Below, one piece after another: positions 51,220-64,000 of a stretch of DNA of 64,000 nucleotides. The position numbers were made by a program, and so were the translations under genes. The DNA is from Geosiphon pyriformis uo1 (lineage: Eukaryota; Fungi; Glomeromycota). Under the pieces are notes generated by a model. The model did not search any database. It was not told the DNA's origin and worked only from the letters and a program-made list of their open reading frames with translations. The number at the start of each line of letters is the position of its first letter. The first letter of the stretch is position 1. The stretch spans positions 1,039,924-1,103,923 of the forward strand of contig JAAOMT010000299.1 of NCBI GenBank assembly GCA_016748015.1, in the 5' to 3' direction.

Positions 51220-54200
51220 AGTAAGAGAAGGAGGGAAAAAAAAGGAGGGAGAATGTAAGAATTGAGGGGAATTTATAATAAATATTTTCGAATAATAAAC
51301 TGAACAAAGAAAAAAGAAAGATGTGTATAGTTGAATTGACGCAACAAAAATAATATACAGCTAAAAGTATTAGCCTAAGAATGTCGATGTTGTTGATGAT
51401 GATTATGATGAAAGATCAAAGGCAGGTAAAAGCACGCAGCACGAGGTAGAAAAAATGGCGTTGTCAAAGAAATAAATTATAAAGAATGTAGAATATTTGA
51501 AAAGATCGAAAGAAAGGGTGATAGAGAGATTTGGGGAAGGGAGAGGAGAGAATTAAAAATGAGGAATTGAGGAGGTAAAGACAGAAGGGGTGAATAAAGT
51601 AAAATGATCAAAAGGGGTAGAGATTTTTTTGAATAGTGTGAACTAAAGGGGCTACTACAGGTAGCAGATATTTTAACTTTGATAATAGCGTGTGCTTCGT
51701 CGGAATTTTTTGTGATTTTGTCGGTGATTTTTTTTCTGCGCAAGATCAATTCGTAAACAAGGTCGTTCAGAAATCTGGAGAGGTCGTTAGAGTGGTTGTA
51801 TATATCATCAGTCAAAGAATATTTATAATGATAGTAAGAAAAAGAAGAAATGAATCAGATCAAAGTAAGAGACATCAATTTTTTCTAGGACAAGAGAAAG
51901 AAGTCAAATTTAACAATCAAGAGTCCCTTGGTAGTAATTGATGCTGATTTTAGTAAAGATTCAATGATGATGATGATGATGATGACGATAAAAAAATGAA
52001 AGATGTATGTTTCGAAAAGGTTTAAGAGCTAATTTTGAGATGTAGGTATGTACTTTTCTTTGCATAGAAAGTGATCGTTCTTTCAAAAAAAGAACAATGA
52101 TGACAATGGAGCTTCTCGGGTCAAAATGAAAGGAGGATTTGCGGTTAAAGGTTGGGATCGTACACAACCAGCACACATGAAATGATGGGAAATGGGAATT
52201 CAGCCTAGAATTTATTACTTTTGAACTTAACAAGAATAAATAAAATCGGGTTGATCGTTACCAAAAATTTTCAATTTTACTATAAGTAATCGGTTAACTT
52301 CTAAACTAATTGTTTCGCTCAGTTTTATAAAAGAGAATTCGATCAAAAAATGACTTAACAACATTTCGAAAAAAAAGGGGCATAAAAACTTTGGCAGTTT
52401 CAAAAAATCTTTTCCAAAACCAAAGAATTGTCAAATGTATGGTTATATTTTTATGTTTGTAAGGGTTTTTTCCGTTGGTAAAAACTATTTCTATTTTTCA
52501 GGTAAAAGGTAACCTCGTGCTCTATCGATCACTGAACCCATAGGGAACCCAAACCTGTTATTTATCTAGCATGATAACATCATTCTGCAGAGTTTTGCTT
52601 CGCTCAAAATAAAAAACAAATGCTAACATAAGCAAGATAGATCGGGTCATAATAATTTATCGTAAAAGATATTTTTAATCCCAAGATTGGTGTACCTTGC
52701 ACCATCTGCAATTATCGATATAATAAGGACTTGAGCAAGAAACAAAGACACGCTTTCACTATTTCAAAACGTAGAAAGTACATATAAAGAGCATTTGACC
52801 AGTTCACGAGGCTGTCATTTTATCTTCTAATGCATATTTTCTTGTCAAAAGCTCCCCACTTTTTGTCGTCATTGATCCATTATTTCAATTTGTAAGTTTT
52901 TATTTGATCTTTTAAAAAAGAAACATTCAAAGAAAATATCTCATGAAACCCCTTTTCCCTTACTTGTAATTCGTTTCTCTTCAACTCCTTGTTTTTTATT
53001 ATAAGAATCCCTGCAGCAAAGGAATTTTATTCTACAGCTTGTCTCGTCCCATCTCATCTTTACCTCTTCTCTTTCCTACATTGTATTCTAATTATTTTGT
53101 TGTCACCGCCCGTTGCTGTTGATATCAAGCTTTTAATGATCTTGCATGTCTACTCGACTTGTTTTTTTCTTATCGTACTAATACTCTATCGAAATTAGTA
53201 TCAATTATTAGTACAATTACTGACAATTATTCATATTATTTTTATTATTACCGATAAAGGGTATCAAGTAGTGTGGTCGACTAATCTGATAAGTTTCTTG
53301 GAGATATTTTCCGTTATTATTTTTTAATTAGCGAATCAGACGAAGTTTGAAGTTGGGTTTGACCATATATTGTTGGCTGTCAAATGATGATTATGAAATT
53401 CAACAAAGAAATTCACCCAATACCTCGATTATTACCTAAAACATTTTTTCTCAGCTTCTATCTATTTGAAGGCTGTTTTCATTGAATATTTTGTTTGCAT
53501 GGATTGGTCTTGGACAAGATTGTGTTAGAAAATCATTGGAACTAAATATATACACCAAACTTAAATAGACTTGAAAGACATCCAAAATTAGTCTGTAAAA
53601 ACATAGTTAGAATGAGAGAATATTCGATATTTTTTGGAAATTGAATTTAACTCTTTTGAGTTTTTATCTTTGTCACCTTGAACGAGAACTGGGTGCTAAA
53701 TCGTAAGAGGAGATATTCATAAAATTTGACGGAAATGGTGAAGATAGAAATTGTACAAGTAAATTTCGGAGCCGTGGTTTTTGACTTGTCGCCGCCAAGT
53801 CTATATTTGATATTTAATGAAAATGGTTTGCGAGCATAATCATGCATGAATTCAAAACTGGACTGAATCATAAGCTTACCTAATATTGACCCCCGATACC
53901 TAAACTGTATTTAGTCTTTATCAGCCCACAGAGTCAAAGTTTCTATGTTTTCAACCTACATCATACCATCAAAAAAAGGACATCAATAAACCTCAACAAA
54001 ATTTAATTTCCAAGGAAATGATTTCCAGGGGAGTTTTAGGTTTAATTTTTGGTTTCTCGATCGGTTTTTTTCCTCAAAGTCATAAAAACCATCGGGTGGG
54101 TGAGAACCCTCCTTATGAGAGCTTTATCAAATTGTTAAAATTTGAGCTCAACGGCTTTTTAATGGTTCTTTGTTGATAATGCACAGGTTAAAAATCTTGG

Positions 54201-57132
54201 AATTTTTTTAGGACAAAAGATTTTCAAGAAATTTCCTAAAAACGTCATCATTTAATTCACATGTTGATCAAACTCCTGATCCGAATTTAGATCAGATCCT
54301 ATTTTTGGCTCTAAAGCTTTGTTATTGAAGAATGAGGTTCTTGGAGAAAAAAAAACTTCCCTGCATATGATCCAAAGAAGCATTTGCAGAATTGTTTGGA
54401 TACTTTTTCTTCTTTATTTCGAGGTCGATCAGGGTCTGTGAATATTCTAGTACAATTCTCATGACAGAATTCCCAGAAAAAATTTGCATTTCAAGGTCTT
54501 TATTTTAAGCTGAATTGATTAAAAATCAGAAAATCACTCTAAATTACTTGTTTGGTAGTTTCTGCTTAGAACTTACAATTTAGAGATGACTTTTTCTTAA
54601 ACTATCATAATCTATATTTAACCTTCTTTTTAATATTCGGAAACATTCTAATTCAATTTTCTGATCAACTTAAACTTTTAATTTGTCAAATGTTCGGTGA
54701 AAGTTAAACAAATCTCATGAGATTTAGCGAGATCTTGTTTAGAATAACTTGCCGAAAAGTGGCATTTCTTTTTTTTGAGCCACTTCTGAGTCCATGCTCT
54801 TCCAAACAAAGCTAGGAGATTGTTGAAGGTAATATTTTCATGTACAAGCATATAAGTACTGAAAGCTTTATATTTGTTTGAATTCCTACAAAAAGAAACT
54901 GTAATTTAACATCATTCTTAATATTAAAGTTGTTCAAAATCCTATGACAGTATTTCTTCAAAAATAAATTTTCCTATTACAACAAGGAATGTTGAATTCA
55001 ATTAAACATTGCTAAATTTACAAAAAGTAAAAATACAGTATAAATTATTAAGAAATCATAAAACAATCTCGGAGTTTCTTTAATTTTCATACTTCTTAGT
55101 ATCATGAACCTTGGTTAAATCATTATTATTTTTTAAATGCCAAATATCTTGACAAAAAATCAGGTTTGTTTTTTTTTTCACTTAAAATAAAATTGTTCCA
55201 AATATTAGATTTCAAGACTGAAGACAAAAATAAAAAGAAGTAAAATACAGAGAATTAAAAATAAACAAATCAAAACAAGTATAAATTTATATATATTTAA
55301 AAAATTAATAATCAAGTTAACAATTAATTTTAGAAATAAAATTTTATATTAAATAACATAATAAAATAAATAAATAATGAATAAAACAATAATTACTAAA
55401 TAAAAGCTAAAATTACAATATAAAAATGACTTAATTTAATAAAATTATAATATTACTTATAAAAATATAAATTTTTATAAGTTTTTTTATTATTGTAAAT
55501 ATTTTTAACAATTATAATAACAAAAACCAATATATAATAATAATTTAAATATAAAATAAAATTGATAATTAAAAAATATAAGAATAATATAATTATAAAT
55601 TATAAAAATATATTTCAATTATATAAAAAAACAAATTAATTAAGAAATTTCTTGAATCAATTTGATACATTAAAGGATTTTATAATATTAAATAAAAATT
55701 TATTGCTTATTAATAGTTTTTCAAAATTTTTAAAAAATATCATTATTTTATTTATTAAAAAATTTTAATTGCGCTTAATTTCAAAATATTGAATTATCAG
55801 GTTTGACTAAATTGATAATTTTATTCTTATTTTTTAAAATTATTTATAATAATTATCAAAAATATAGTTTATTATTATATTATTTTTGTTCATAATTATT
55901 AATAAGTTTATCAAATATAAAATACAAATAATACTGGAAATCAGAAGCTACAAAAAATATTAAAAGAAAAAAAAATTATTTCAAAAAAAACTTATTGGTT
56001 TGATTGTTCAAGAAAAATTTTATTTGAAATGTTTTATTAAATTAAAATACAACTTGAAAAAAAAATGCCGAATTTAATATAAATTTTGTAAGCTCAATTA
56101 TATTGTTGTCCTACTAAATTGTATTTTTTTTTATTCAATAGAAAAAACTAATTTCAATATTTGATTTGATCATAATTGATACAAATTTTTTTAAAACAAT
56201 TATGTTTTGAGAAAACTGCTGCATCAACGATAAAAAACTTATTAGATCTATATATATTAGAAAAATTGGAAAAATATTCAAGATTTTTTTTTTCATTTAA
56301 ATATTAAAATTTTTAACAAAATTTTGTAATAGTTTTAAATTTTAATTACCAGAAATATGTGTTTATGGCTATTATACAGTTTTGATTTTAATTGAATTGA
56401 AAACATTTTAAGTGTAATATTTAAAAAATATGAAAAAATTGTTTGTAAAGTTAACATAAAAAAAAATGAAACCATCTTTTAAAAATATAATTTTTAGCAA
56501 TCCTAAAAATAAATCAAATCCTATTTAAGCTTGTATTAATACAAAAAAAAGCATATTAAATACTAACATTATATTTAACCATATTTTTTTTGTTATTATT
56601 AACAAAACTTATTATTAGAAAATTATTCAGCTATATTAATAATATTAATATTATACTTTTTAAAATTTAACTGTTATTACTTTTTGTAAATATAATTTTT
56701 AGAAATAAAAACAGACTTTATTCAAATAACAAAAAATATCCAATTTAAAAATTAGTTGTATCACAATAAGTGTGAAAAATGTGGGAAAATTTATTTTATC
56801 TCCTTTTATAATATATATAATATACTAAATTTTGAATTTGAGTTTATGGGAATTGGTAAATTCGGAATTTGATCTTAAATCATCCGTGACGAATGATTTT
56901 GAATATAAAACCAATTAGGCTGTTTCGAAGTTATATGAAAGTGACATCAGTATAATAAATCAGAGGTTTTATGATTTCAAACGTGTTCAATAAAAAATCT
57001 TTTTTTTAAGGATCTTTCTTCTTGCTTCACCCGGGTGTATTCCTGTAACTATAGCTGGTCTCCTATATTTTTCTTCGTTATTTTATCACAGTCTTTAGTT
57101 AAATAAGTCCATATGTAGGTCGCTTTAGGCTT

Positions 57133-60100
57133 ATGAATAAGGTTAATCCTACAAAAGAAGCATTTGATCAACTTGATGCCTTTCTTAACCCAAGGCCAAC
57201 TCAAGCTGACGCCAAACGACGTGGAAGACCACCGAAAAAAGAAAATACTCTTTCTGCCAAGCAGTAAATATAACCTTGAAAAAAATTTCGGTACCATAAA
57301 AACTGGATGTTTATAAACAATAAATCATCAACGTAACTTAAATTTTAGGGTTCAAAATTTGCTTCAGGACATATACAACCGAATTAAGGAGGAGGTAAAT
57401 CTCTTGAAGTTTATTGAAAAAAAAATACAACCTTCAAGCAAGTTTATAAACTTTCATTCCTTTTTAGCCTGAATTATCAAATTTCATAAAAATAACATCT
57501 CCAAATGAGGTTCAACATGAAATTTTTGCGTTAGAAAGCTTAATGCAAAAATACGGCCATCTCAAAAACGCGACTAAAAGGATCACGGAAATAATAAGCT
57601 TAATGATCAGCATTATTGCTAATAGTGGAGTCTTTGAAAAAGAGCAAGACAGCAACTGGGAAAAAGTGTTACTTGACGCTTTAGGACTAATAGAGGCATG
57701 TTAAAAAGTATTCTTACGTTATCAAATTTGACTTTGGATAAAAAACAAAATAAAAACTCAAAGGGGTTTTCTTTTAAAATACTAGCACATTATTTTAAAA
57801 GATGCTGTTGGTAGGTCCAAATTGAAATGTTTTGGTTTTAACAATTTTCATGAATGAAAGAGCGAAATAATATCCTGGTTCACTTTTTTTAGACAGAGTC
57901 ACAATGGGTAAATTTTGCTTAAAAACATTGACTGAAACACTAGTAAAGTCCTCGCTGAGCGTTGATATTCGCCGAATGGTAATTTTCCGCAAAATTTTTC
58001 TATTTCAACGAGACACAAATCTCTGATACATGAACATATGTAAATAGACATCCGATGTGATAAACACCCTTTTGACAGGATGTAAAGAAAACAAAAAGCT
58101 TTTGAGCCACGGTAAATTCCTTGATGTGTATCCTTTTTAGGAAAATTGATATTAAAATTTTTAGTGCAAATTTGCTTTGAGCAAATATCAATTGCGAAGA
58201 CATTGAGTCTTTTACTTTCCTTTTATTGACCTGAATAAAAGGCAGACTGCTGCAACATCAATGAAGGCTGCAGGAGGTTGTGAAATATTTAAGTTGGTTT
58301 GAAGTTTTGCTCTCTATCTTTTATCTAAAATTTCGGACAATATGTTTCTATGAAATAGATTATGAGCTTCAATTCAGACACCTTGAAATTCTTTTTCGTC
58401 TATGTCCAAGGATGCAGGAAGATCGAGAAATATTTGCTAATAAGGTCTTCAAAGGTGATTATCAACTGACAGGACTCTTCCTAGAAATTAATGCCGAGGA
58501 TTTTTTGATGGTAAGCCAAACAGACCCAATATATTTATTACAGTTGTTATCACTTACGAAAAAATTTTAAAATTGTAGAATACTAGGAATTTCTTAAACG
58601 TCCTCAATTCCTCAAATGATGGCGTGACAAAAGCGTACGTTAGAGACCTGCGTATCATTTTAAAAGAACTTGGTTAATTTTTAGCATTTTACCAGTCCAA
58701 AAACTTTGAAGATGACACGCATGCAGTACAATCGAATAGATTTTGATCGTCCAGATCAGCAAGATTGTTTCTTCGTAGACTTTAACCGATGGACAATCTC
58801 GGCGGCAGTCCAAGGCCCAGATGCGGTATGAAAGTTCTTCGAGTCACTCAAATCTAGCAAAAGATTGCCACTAAAGCATATATTATCTCTTTTTGACCTC
58901 AGCACTCCAACGAATCTGAAGGAAGCGACATCATTGATATCAAGTATCAAAAAATCCGCAATTGGGAAATAGTGGATGAATCATATTGTAAATTATTATG
59001 AACATATTGTGTGTTAATCTAGAAATTATGATTAATTTATATTTTTTATCGCAGCACAAATCCTCAAAATACACCTTTGCGAAGCTCTCCAAATTGGCGA
59101 CCAAGAGGGCACCCATTATACGAGCTTTTCTTCTACTGAAGATTCTATAATATCCATGACAATTGCCTCCTCCGAGGAAAAAAATATCAGAAATGATATA
59201 GCTAAAATTTTTGCTAGTCATAATGTGGTAAGGTTTTGCTTGATATTCAATTGGAACATGAGTTTTACTAGGAAGCAACCTAGCTTCAATAATCTGACTT
59301 CATATTATTAGAAGTCATGCTCACAGCCCAAAGTTTCGGTGTCTGTTGATGTCTTGCGTCCTCTTGGATCTTCAATAAATGCGGTAAATGCACGAGACAC
59401 ACTAGCAAAATCCCTTGAGGCATCACAAACGCCATCAATTCAACAGCCAACTCGCAAGCAAGCCAAGAATCAGAAAATTGAGAAAGAAAAAGCCAAAGAC
59501 AAAGAAAACGTATTTGACACTTCATCCAACATAAATTTATCTGACGAGGAAAATAGAAAAGGAGAAAATTTACCGTCTTCTCTTCGTATTACACCACCTC
59601 AACCGTTGCAAGAATTTCAATTTAATGACGACTCACCCACGCTGCAAGAAAACTCACTCTCGATGATTAATATTGGTTCAGATTCAGATGCGCGACTTCC
59701 CTTTCCCCCTCCAAAAAAACGTTCAAAACCGTTAAACCTTTCTGCTTCAAAAAAACGACGAAAGACCAGTAAGGAGGAAACAGATGAAATTGGGGATAAA
59801 GAGGCCGAATACCATGAATTAAATAGAAACACTGATAAATTAGATTTGGAAAAAGCATCGAAAGCTGATTCTCAAAAGACAAGTATCATCAAAAACCTTG
59901 GCCGAAGAACAGGTAAACCAGTTATGAGTAAAGGTGACTCTACAGACAAGTGCATGAGGGAGAAAGCAGGTATTCAAAAAGCTCAATTTAAAAATGCGTT
60001 TGATTTCGATGCTGATGAAGACGTATTCGATGTGCCTTTACAAGACGTTCCAGAAAGGGAATCAAATAAATTAGAAAAGCCTATGCGTCCTTCTACGTCA

Positions 60101-61851
60101 AATACCCAGTCACTTGCTCAGGAATCTTCTAATAATATAGAAGACTTTGAAGGTTGGGAGAGCCACGCTGAACCCGAAAGGCAAGGCCTGTCTAAACACT
60201 TTCAATATAAAGACAAAATTTCCAGACTAGGATCAAATTGGGCTAAAATAAGGGGTGATGCCGACGAATGTGGGCATATATTAAAGCGGGTCCCCCATAA
60301 AGGTGTTCAGATAAATTATAATACAATTGAAGAAATTAATTACAGTGCTATTCCCTCGAAATCCAAAGAAAAAAGCATTCTTAGCAGATGGGATCAGGTC
60401 CAAAACCCAGGTGAACCACAAATAATCAAGCAACACAAATTCGTCGAGAATTCTAAAGATCAGGGAGATAGACCATGGATATCATGGAACCAGAATAACG
60501 CAGCAGAAATAAGTTCAAAGCCTCTTCCTAAAATGCTTTTTAAAAAAAACATAACGGTCAGTTGTAAAATATAGCTATAAATAAATTATGCACCTCAGTT
60601 AATTTAATTTGGATTTATCAGTTTTATATTTCTTTCCATAGGTTAACGAACTAGGAAGCCCAATGTTAAGTGCCGATGAGAAGGAAGCTTTAAATACTCA
60701 AAAACAGATTGAAAATGAAAATTCTTCTTTAAATACCTTTGAGGAGAAAACAAAGCGAAGAACAAATCTAAATTTGCAATCACGTAAGTTTTTTATCATT
60801 TATCAAAGCTATTTAATGTTCTCACTCTTCATTTTCCTCGTTGAAATTTTAGAACTAGAAGAAGATTCTGCATTCGAGAAAAAGCACGGCAAGAAACGTG
60901 GTAATCTGAGGCCATCAGTCTTAATGATAAATATCCTTGACTATTTTCTCATTTCAACAACAAATATGAATAGTTCCTTTTATAGAGAGGCTTGGTATAT
61001 TAGTCAAGAACACGTATGATAACGAGAATGAGGATGAAATTGGTAAACCAACAGAAGGTAAGAAGTTTACATGGTAAAGTTTTTTGAACAAGCTACATTC
61101 ATGTACTTTATTGACCTCATTTTAATTGAATTCTCACTCATAAAGGGCGAGATAATTTACCATCAACTAGTGGAATTTATCGCGCATCCTCAAAGCCATT
61201 ACAAATGACTTCGTTCGACGATCGAACTCCAGAAACTCAAAACCAAATGGTCTGCGAAAGTGATGAACTAGATGGTCAATACCAGATTGAAGATCCTGAT
61301 CTCCAATTAGAAAATGAGCGCAGTCACCTGGGTGGGTCAGAAAAATTCGCAGATGACAGGCTTGACCAAGAAATTAGAGGATTATTACAATGTGTTGGAG
61401 AGGTATGTATTTCATGTACTGGATTTTTCATATGTCTCGAAATAATTTTCTTTTTTCTGTCCCCTAGACAATATTTCAAAATTATCAACAACAAGATGCT
61501 ACTCTTTTTCAAGCAACACAAAATGCTATGTTGCAAGAGGAAAATGAGGTAATTGAGAGTCTAGACAGGCAATTTGAACGCAGGTATGAATTGTAAGCTT
61601 ATTATTATATTTAGATTTTAGATTTTAATAATGCATGTTCCAATTTCCCCGGTCTATTTTTTAATAGAAGGGAACTTCTCGACACCTATAAACGCAAATA
61701 CTCCTCTATCTCGGATGAATCTCAACACATGGTCGGTAAATTGAAAGAAGCGCGTAATGAGTTAGAAGGATTAGACTGGACGCTTGTTGAGATGGAAAAG
61801 ACAGCGCAGCTTGTCAACAACCAACCTGAAGAGAAAGTGAAAGAGTCTTGA
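57133..61851 (+). CDS. SYCP2/Red1/Rec10-like meiotic chromosome axis protein (multi-exon)
   Basis: Spliced AGDYELQFRHLEILFRL...FLEINAEDFLMNTRNFLNVLN...RPDQQDCFFVDFN matches the recalled SYCP2 ARM-PH N-terminal pattern. It is followed by KVSVS, a long disordered exon (59312-~60556) and a coiled-coil C-terminus ending at TGA 61849-61851. Exons in 57700-58280 are not fully resolved. Confidence 0.72.
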
Positions 61852-62283
61852 ATCATTTACGAAATAGCAACTAATATAATTAGAATGTAATATGTGGGTC
61901 AAAGTCACGGGAAATACTAAAAATAAAATTAAATCTATCTAAACTTCTGGTTTGTTATCGCGATCATAGCTCAGATGAAAGTTGGGTAAAATTTTTCCAG
62001 GCGATAGCTTCGAAAATTACCAATCGCTCATTCTTGAAGTAAGTAATTTTGATTTTTTAAAATGAAAATGATTTGCAGTATACTTTTTTAGTGTTAAATA
62101 TTAAGTTTAAGAAATATAATAGGTGAGAAATTAATACAAAATTTTTTAAATATTTCTAAGCCAATTTTTTGATTCGATATTCAAAGTTAAAAAAGAAAAC
62201 TATAAAAATTAAGTTAAATCTTTTATAGAAGATCCTAAAAAAATTATTTACAAAATAAGATAGGAACTAATTTGTTATATGCT

Positions 62284-63093
62284 TTAAGTAAAAATTCCAC
62301 CACCTTGCTGCATAAATTTCTCAGAGCTGAATTCTTGGCTAACGTTGCAAATAAGTCTTCTCTTCAGCTTTCTGTTCTTTTTGAGCCAACTGATCTTTTT
62401 TTTTGCTGCTATTTGCACATTATTCACCGATGATAGCGCCTCATTTGAATCTTTTATGGATTCAGAGGTTCCCAAGACTTGTGGTCTTTTTAATTTTTTA
62501 ACTGGTTGAGAAGTTCGTGAGTTTGAGTTTAGATTGGTCAAATTCGGAAAAATAATTGAAGCTGGAGCCTTAACTGCTGAGCTTGGTCGAGTCTTTATGA
62601 GTTAAGTATTATTTTGTAATGATACTAGCCTTGAGTTAGTCGAAATTGGCTGGATTTTCTTTATGGGTGGAAATTTTGGGAATGTCAATCGATTATTAAG
62701 CACTGATGAATCAAATATTCTTGGAGTTGGTTGTTCACCATCAGGTGAAATTAAATTATCTCGAGGAGAATTCTGATTGTATTTACTTTTGATCATTAAA
62801 TTAAGAGCGAGTTTCTGAGAGGGTTGAAGCATTGTTGCCTGTGTTTCAACATTTTCAGTTGAATCCAATGAATTTAAATTATTTGATACTAATTGAATCG
62901 CGTTATTTGAAGCCACGGCGGTGTTCAAATCTGATTCTTCAATGGTTGATAAAAGAATTGAGGGTGAATTTAGGCTTCGAGTGTTTAATCTTATTAATGG
63001 TAAATTTGGAAATGTGTAGGCAGGAGATAAAAGTGTCATAATAAGTATTAATAAGACATGGATGGATCGAATAAGGCGAAGAGTACATTTCAT
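62284..63093 (-). pseudogene. Secreted-protein-like ORF (269 codons) with one in-frame TAA at 62602-62604
   Basis: Signal-peptide-like start MKCTLRLIRSIHVLLILIMTLLSPAYT. The ORFs 62602-63093 and 62284-62541 are in the same frame with an open linker between them. Confidence 0.55.
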
Positions 63094-63165
63094 GTTTTTT
63101 TTTGAGATTTGTTTTATTTATTTTTATTATTTTTTTGGGCTCTTGAAATTTTATTCTACAGATTA

Positions 63166-63166
<1 letters not shown>

Positions 63167-63240
<74 letters not shown>
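63167..63240. repeat. (ATT)n microsatellite, ~25 units
   Basis: Perfect trinucleotide run. Confidence 0.97.
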
Positions 63241-64000
63241 GATTATACTTTGAAATCTTAGCCTTGGAAGCCATTTATTTATATTTAGACAAGAATTTGT
63301 TCATTCAGAAAACTTTTGATCTATCATCAATAAATAATGAAATTATGATCTTGAATATTTTTAAAGAAAAATCTTTTCAAAAATGATTGAAACTTTTGAT
63401 GTGATGATTTTATAAAAATTGAAAAATTAGTTTATGACCACCAAGAACATGTACAATTCAATAAATAAATAAATAAATGGTTTTCATTACTTTTTCTATT
63501 TTATTTGAAAGTATAAACAAACAAACAAACAAACAAACAAAAATAAAATAAAAAAGTTTATAAACTGTGGTATGTTGTTAAATAAATAAAAAAAGAATTT
63601 TAAAATATTAAATCGGTCATATTCTTTTATTCAACAGATAACGATAAGAAACTATAAAAAATTCTCTTATTAAAATTTAATAAATATTAATCCTTTTTCG
63701 AATATCAAAACCTAGATTTTTCATTAGAGTTCAAATTTTCAAACAATCAATACTGTACTCATGACTTTTATTCCAAGAAGATACTGACCTATGGTGTTTA
63801 CTTGCTTTTGATTTCAAAAGTTTTTAACAGAATGACTGGTAATTATATATTCATACTTTGATAGCTAATTTTTTAGCATGTAAAAACTCTAGTAATATTT
63901 GGATTTTTTGACATGCTAGAAAGAAGAGATGTTTCAATTTCCACGTTTCATGTCCTACTCACTTTTCAACCTTTATAATACATTAAATTTAAGCAAAAAT

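Noticed and set aside
51477-52233. ORFs upstream of the MYB gene
   Set aside because: Non-ATG starts and low-complexity pyrimidine or CAT tracts typical of a 5'UTR or promoter.
53647-53885. 74-aa minus-strand ORF next to a GTAAGC donor-like site
   Set aside because: No recognisable domain and no coherent exon chain.
62939-63274. Poly-Asn and poly-Ile ORFs
   Set aside because: Artefacts of the (ATT)n microsatellite.

Overview
AT-rich, intron-containing fungal genomic DNA. The TE families, the lipase family and an endobacterium-like fragment suggest Glomeromycotina (Geosiphon/arbuscular-mycorrhizal-like); this is inference. Bases ~500-40400 are a nested retrotransposon graveyard that can be resolved from target-site duplications (TSDs). 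An old minus-strand APE-RT-RNaseH LINE (1073-22213) is interrupted by a younger plus-strand LINE (3851-10585) and a full-length Ty3/Gypsy element (11954-19603). A second minus-strand LINE (25403-33196) carries a solo LTR, and further decayed LTR copies follow. All repeats are decayed almost only by C>T/G>A transitions, with a CpA/TpG bias (RIP-like). Inside one decayed LTR is a ~310 bp CpG-retaining fragment that reads like a Mollicutes-related-endobacterium (MRE) protein when TGA is read as Trp. The right part holds genes: a class-3 lipase lacking its catalytic Ser, a three-repeat MYB transcription factor, a multi-exon gene resembling the meiotic axis protein SYCP2/Red1 (with an AT-hook, a closure-motif candidate and a C-terminal coiled coil), and a secreted-protein ORF with one in-frame stop. 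All homology calls come from recalled motifs; no searches were run.
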